A program made the translations under genes and the position numbers. Positions 63,166 through 64,000 of a stretch of DNA of 64,000 nucleotides are shown in pieces. The notes beneath the pieces were generated by a model. It searched no databases. It had not been told where the DNA came from and saw only the letters and a program-made list of their open reading frames with translations. This DNA is from Somniosus microcephalus. Taxonomy: Eukaryota. Where the stretch lies: positions 54,622,001-54,686,000 of the forward strand of contig CM126215.1 of assembly GCA_052327205.1 (NCBI GenBank), read 5' to 3'. The first letter of the stretch is position 1, and the number at the start of each line of letters is the position of its first letter.

Positions 63166-64000
63166 AACAGCTCTCTTTAGTCTACTGAAGTGAATTCCTG
63201 CAAAGGTTCGCACTATCCAATCCTTATTTTCTAATTTAATATGCTAATATTCCCTTTGAGAGAAATTGTAAAACTGGCCACCAGCTCAAACTTAATAAAT
63301 AAAACACACGGGCATTAAAAAGTCACCTCACCATACCATAGTGGAATATCTCAGACTGCTACAAACCCAAAGAAAGCCACTTACACCCATCACAGAAAGC
63401 CAACAAGCAATCGAGAAAGCTGTTCCAGAATATCTCACTTCCCATTCCCTCTAATACAAATTTAGATTACTGTATACGGATCATTTTTAACCTGTCAACA
63501 ATTGCAAAAGCTTTTGCAAATGTCCACGAACCCCTGAGCCAATTGTGAAATACAATACAAAGAGCCATTTTCTGTGATGTAGTCTATATTAAAGTTCAAA
63601 ACACTTCAGTAAAATTGAAGTAAATAAAGCAATCTTTTTTTCCAGTTTCTCAACTAGGTAAACTACACGAGACTCTGAATGGGAACTTTTTTTTTGAAGA
63701 TGTTCACATCTTTTGTGTGAATTCTGCAACAGCTACAAAACAACAAAGTCAAAATTCATATTCACAGACACGTCTACAGCATTTATAATACAGATCAACT
63801 ACAACACCAGAGAACCTCATCACCACCCTTACAATGTATAAATCACACTCAGCCCGACAACATACCAAATGGGATTTCATCATTTAAAAATAAAATCAGA
63901 AATGGAGGCAGATACAAAACATACCAAACTGGACAACACACATTTTCAGACATGTTCCATTGATAAACCGAGGAAAATAACTATGAAATAGAAAACATAA

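Noticed and set aside
28026-64000. Additional POLA1 exons or another host gene
   Set aside because: No ORF or spliceable segment with recognisable polymerase or other host-protein motifs. Short exons cannot be fully excluded by eye.
1-64000. CRISPR array, rRNA or prokaryotic operon-type system
   Set aside because: Spliced vertebrate genes and vertebrate repeats throughout; no regularly spaced repeat-spacer array or rRNA-like sequence seen.

Overview
Eukaryotic (vertebrate) genomic DNA, most likely a cartilaginous fish; this is inferred from HE1/V-SINE- and SacSINE1/DeuSINE-type repeats. The window holds the ARX-POLA1 tail-to-tail locus. On the + strand are ARX coding exons 2-5 (1017-1575, 2515-2560, 4042-4373, 8095-8332), encoding a paired-type homeodomain and C-terminal OAR domain; exon 1 lies upstream of the window. 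On the - strand is the last coding exon of POLA1 (27871-28025); everything from 28026 to the window end appears to be POLA1 last intron. The first ~14 kb is CpG-retaining, lacks young repeats and carries several enhancer-like non-coding blocks. The rest is dense in retro- and DNA transposons: a young 5'-truncated CR1, a young Rex1/Babar-like LINE, L2 pieces, HE1/V-SINEs, DeuSINEs, LF-SINE-like copies, a 1.37-kb hAT element, and old RTE and DIRS fossils that the ORF track does not reveal. I see no new enzymatic system. The most unusual signal is a group of ~650-880 bp PIF/Harbinger-like non-autonomous elements with several positionally conserved hairpins showing compensatory changes, one inverted loop, and conserved splice-site-like motifs. 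Repeat family names and enhancer identities come from motif recognition without database searches, and repeat boundaries are approximate.
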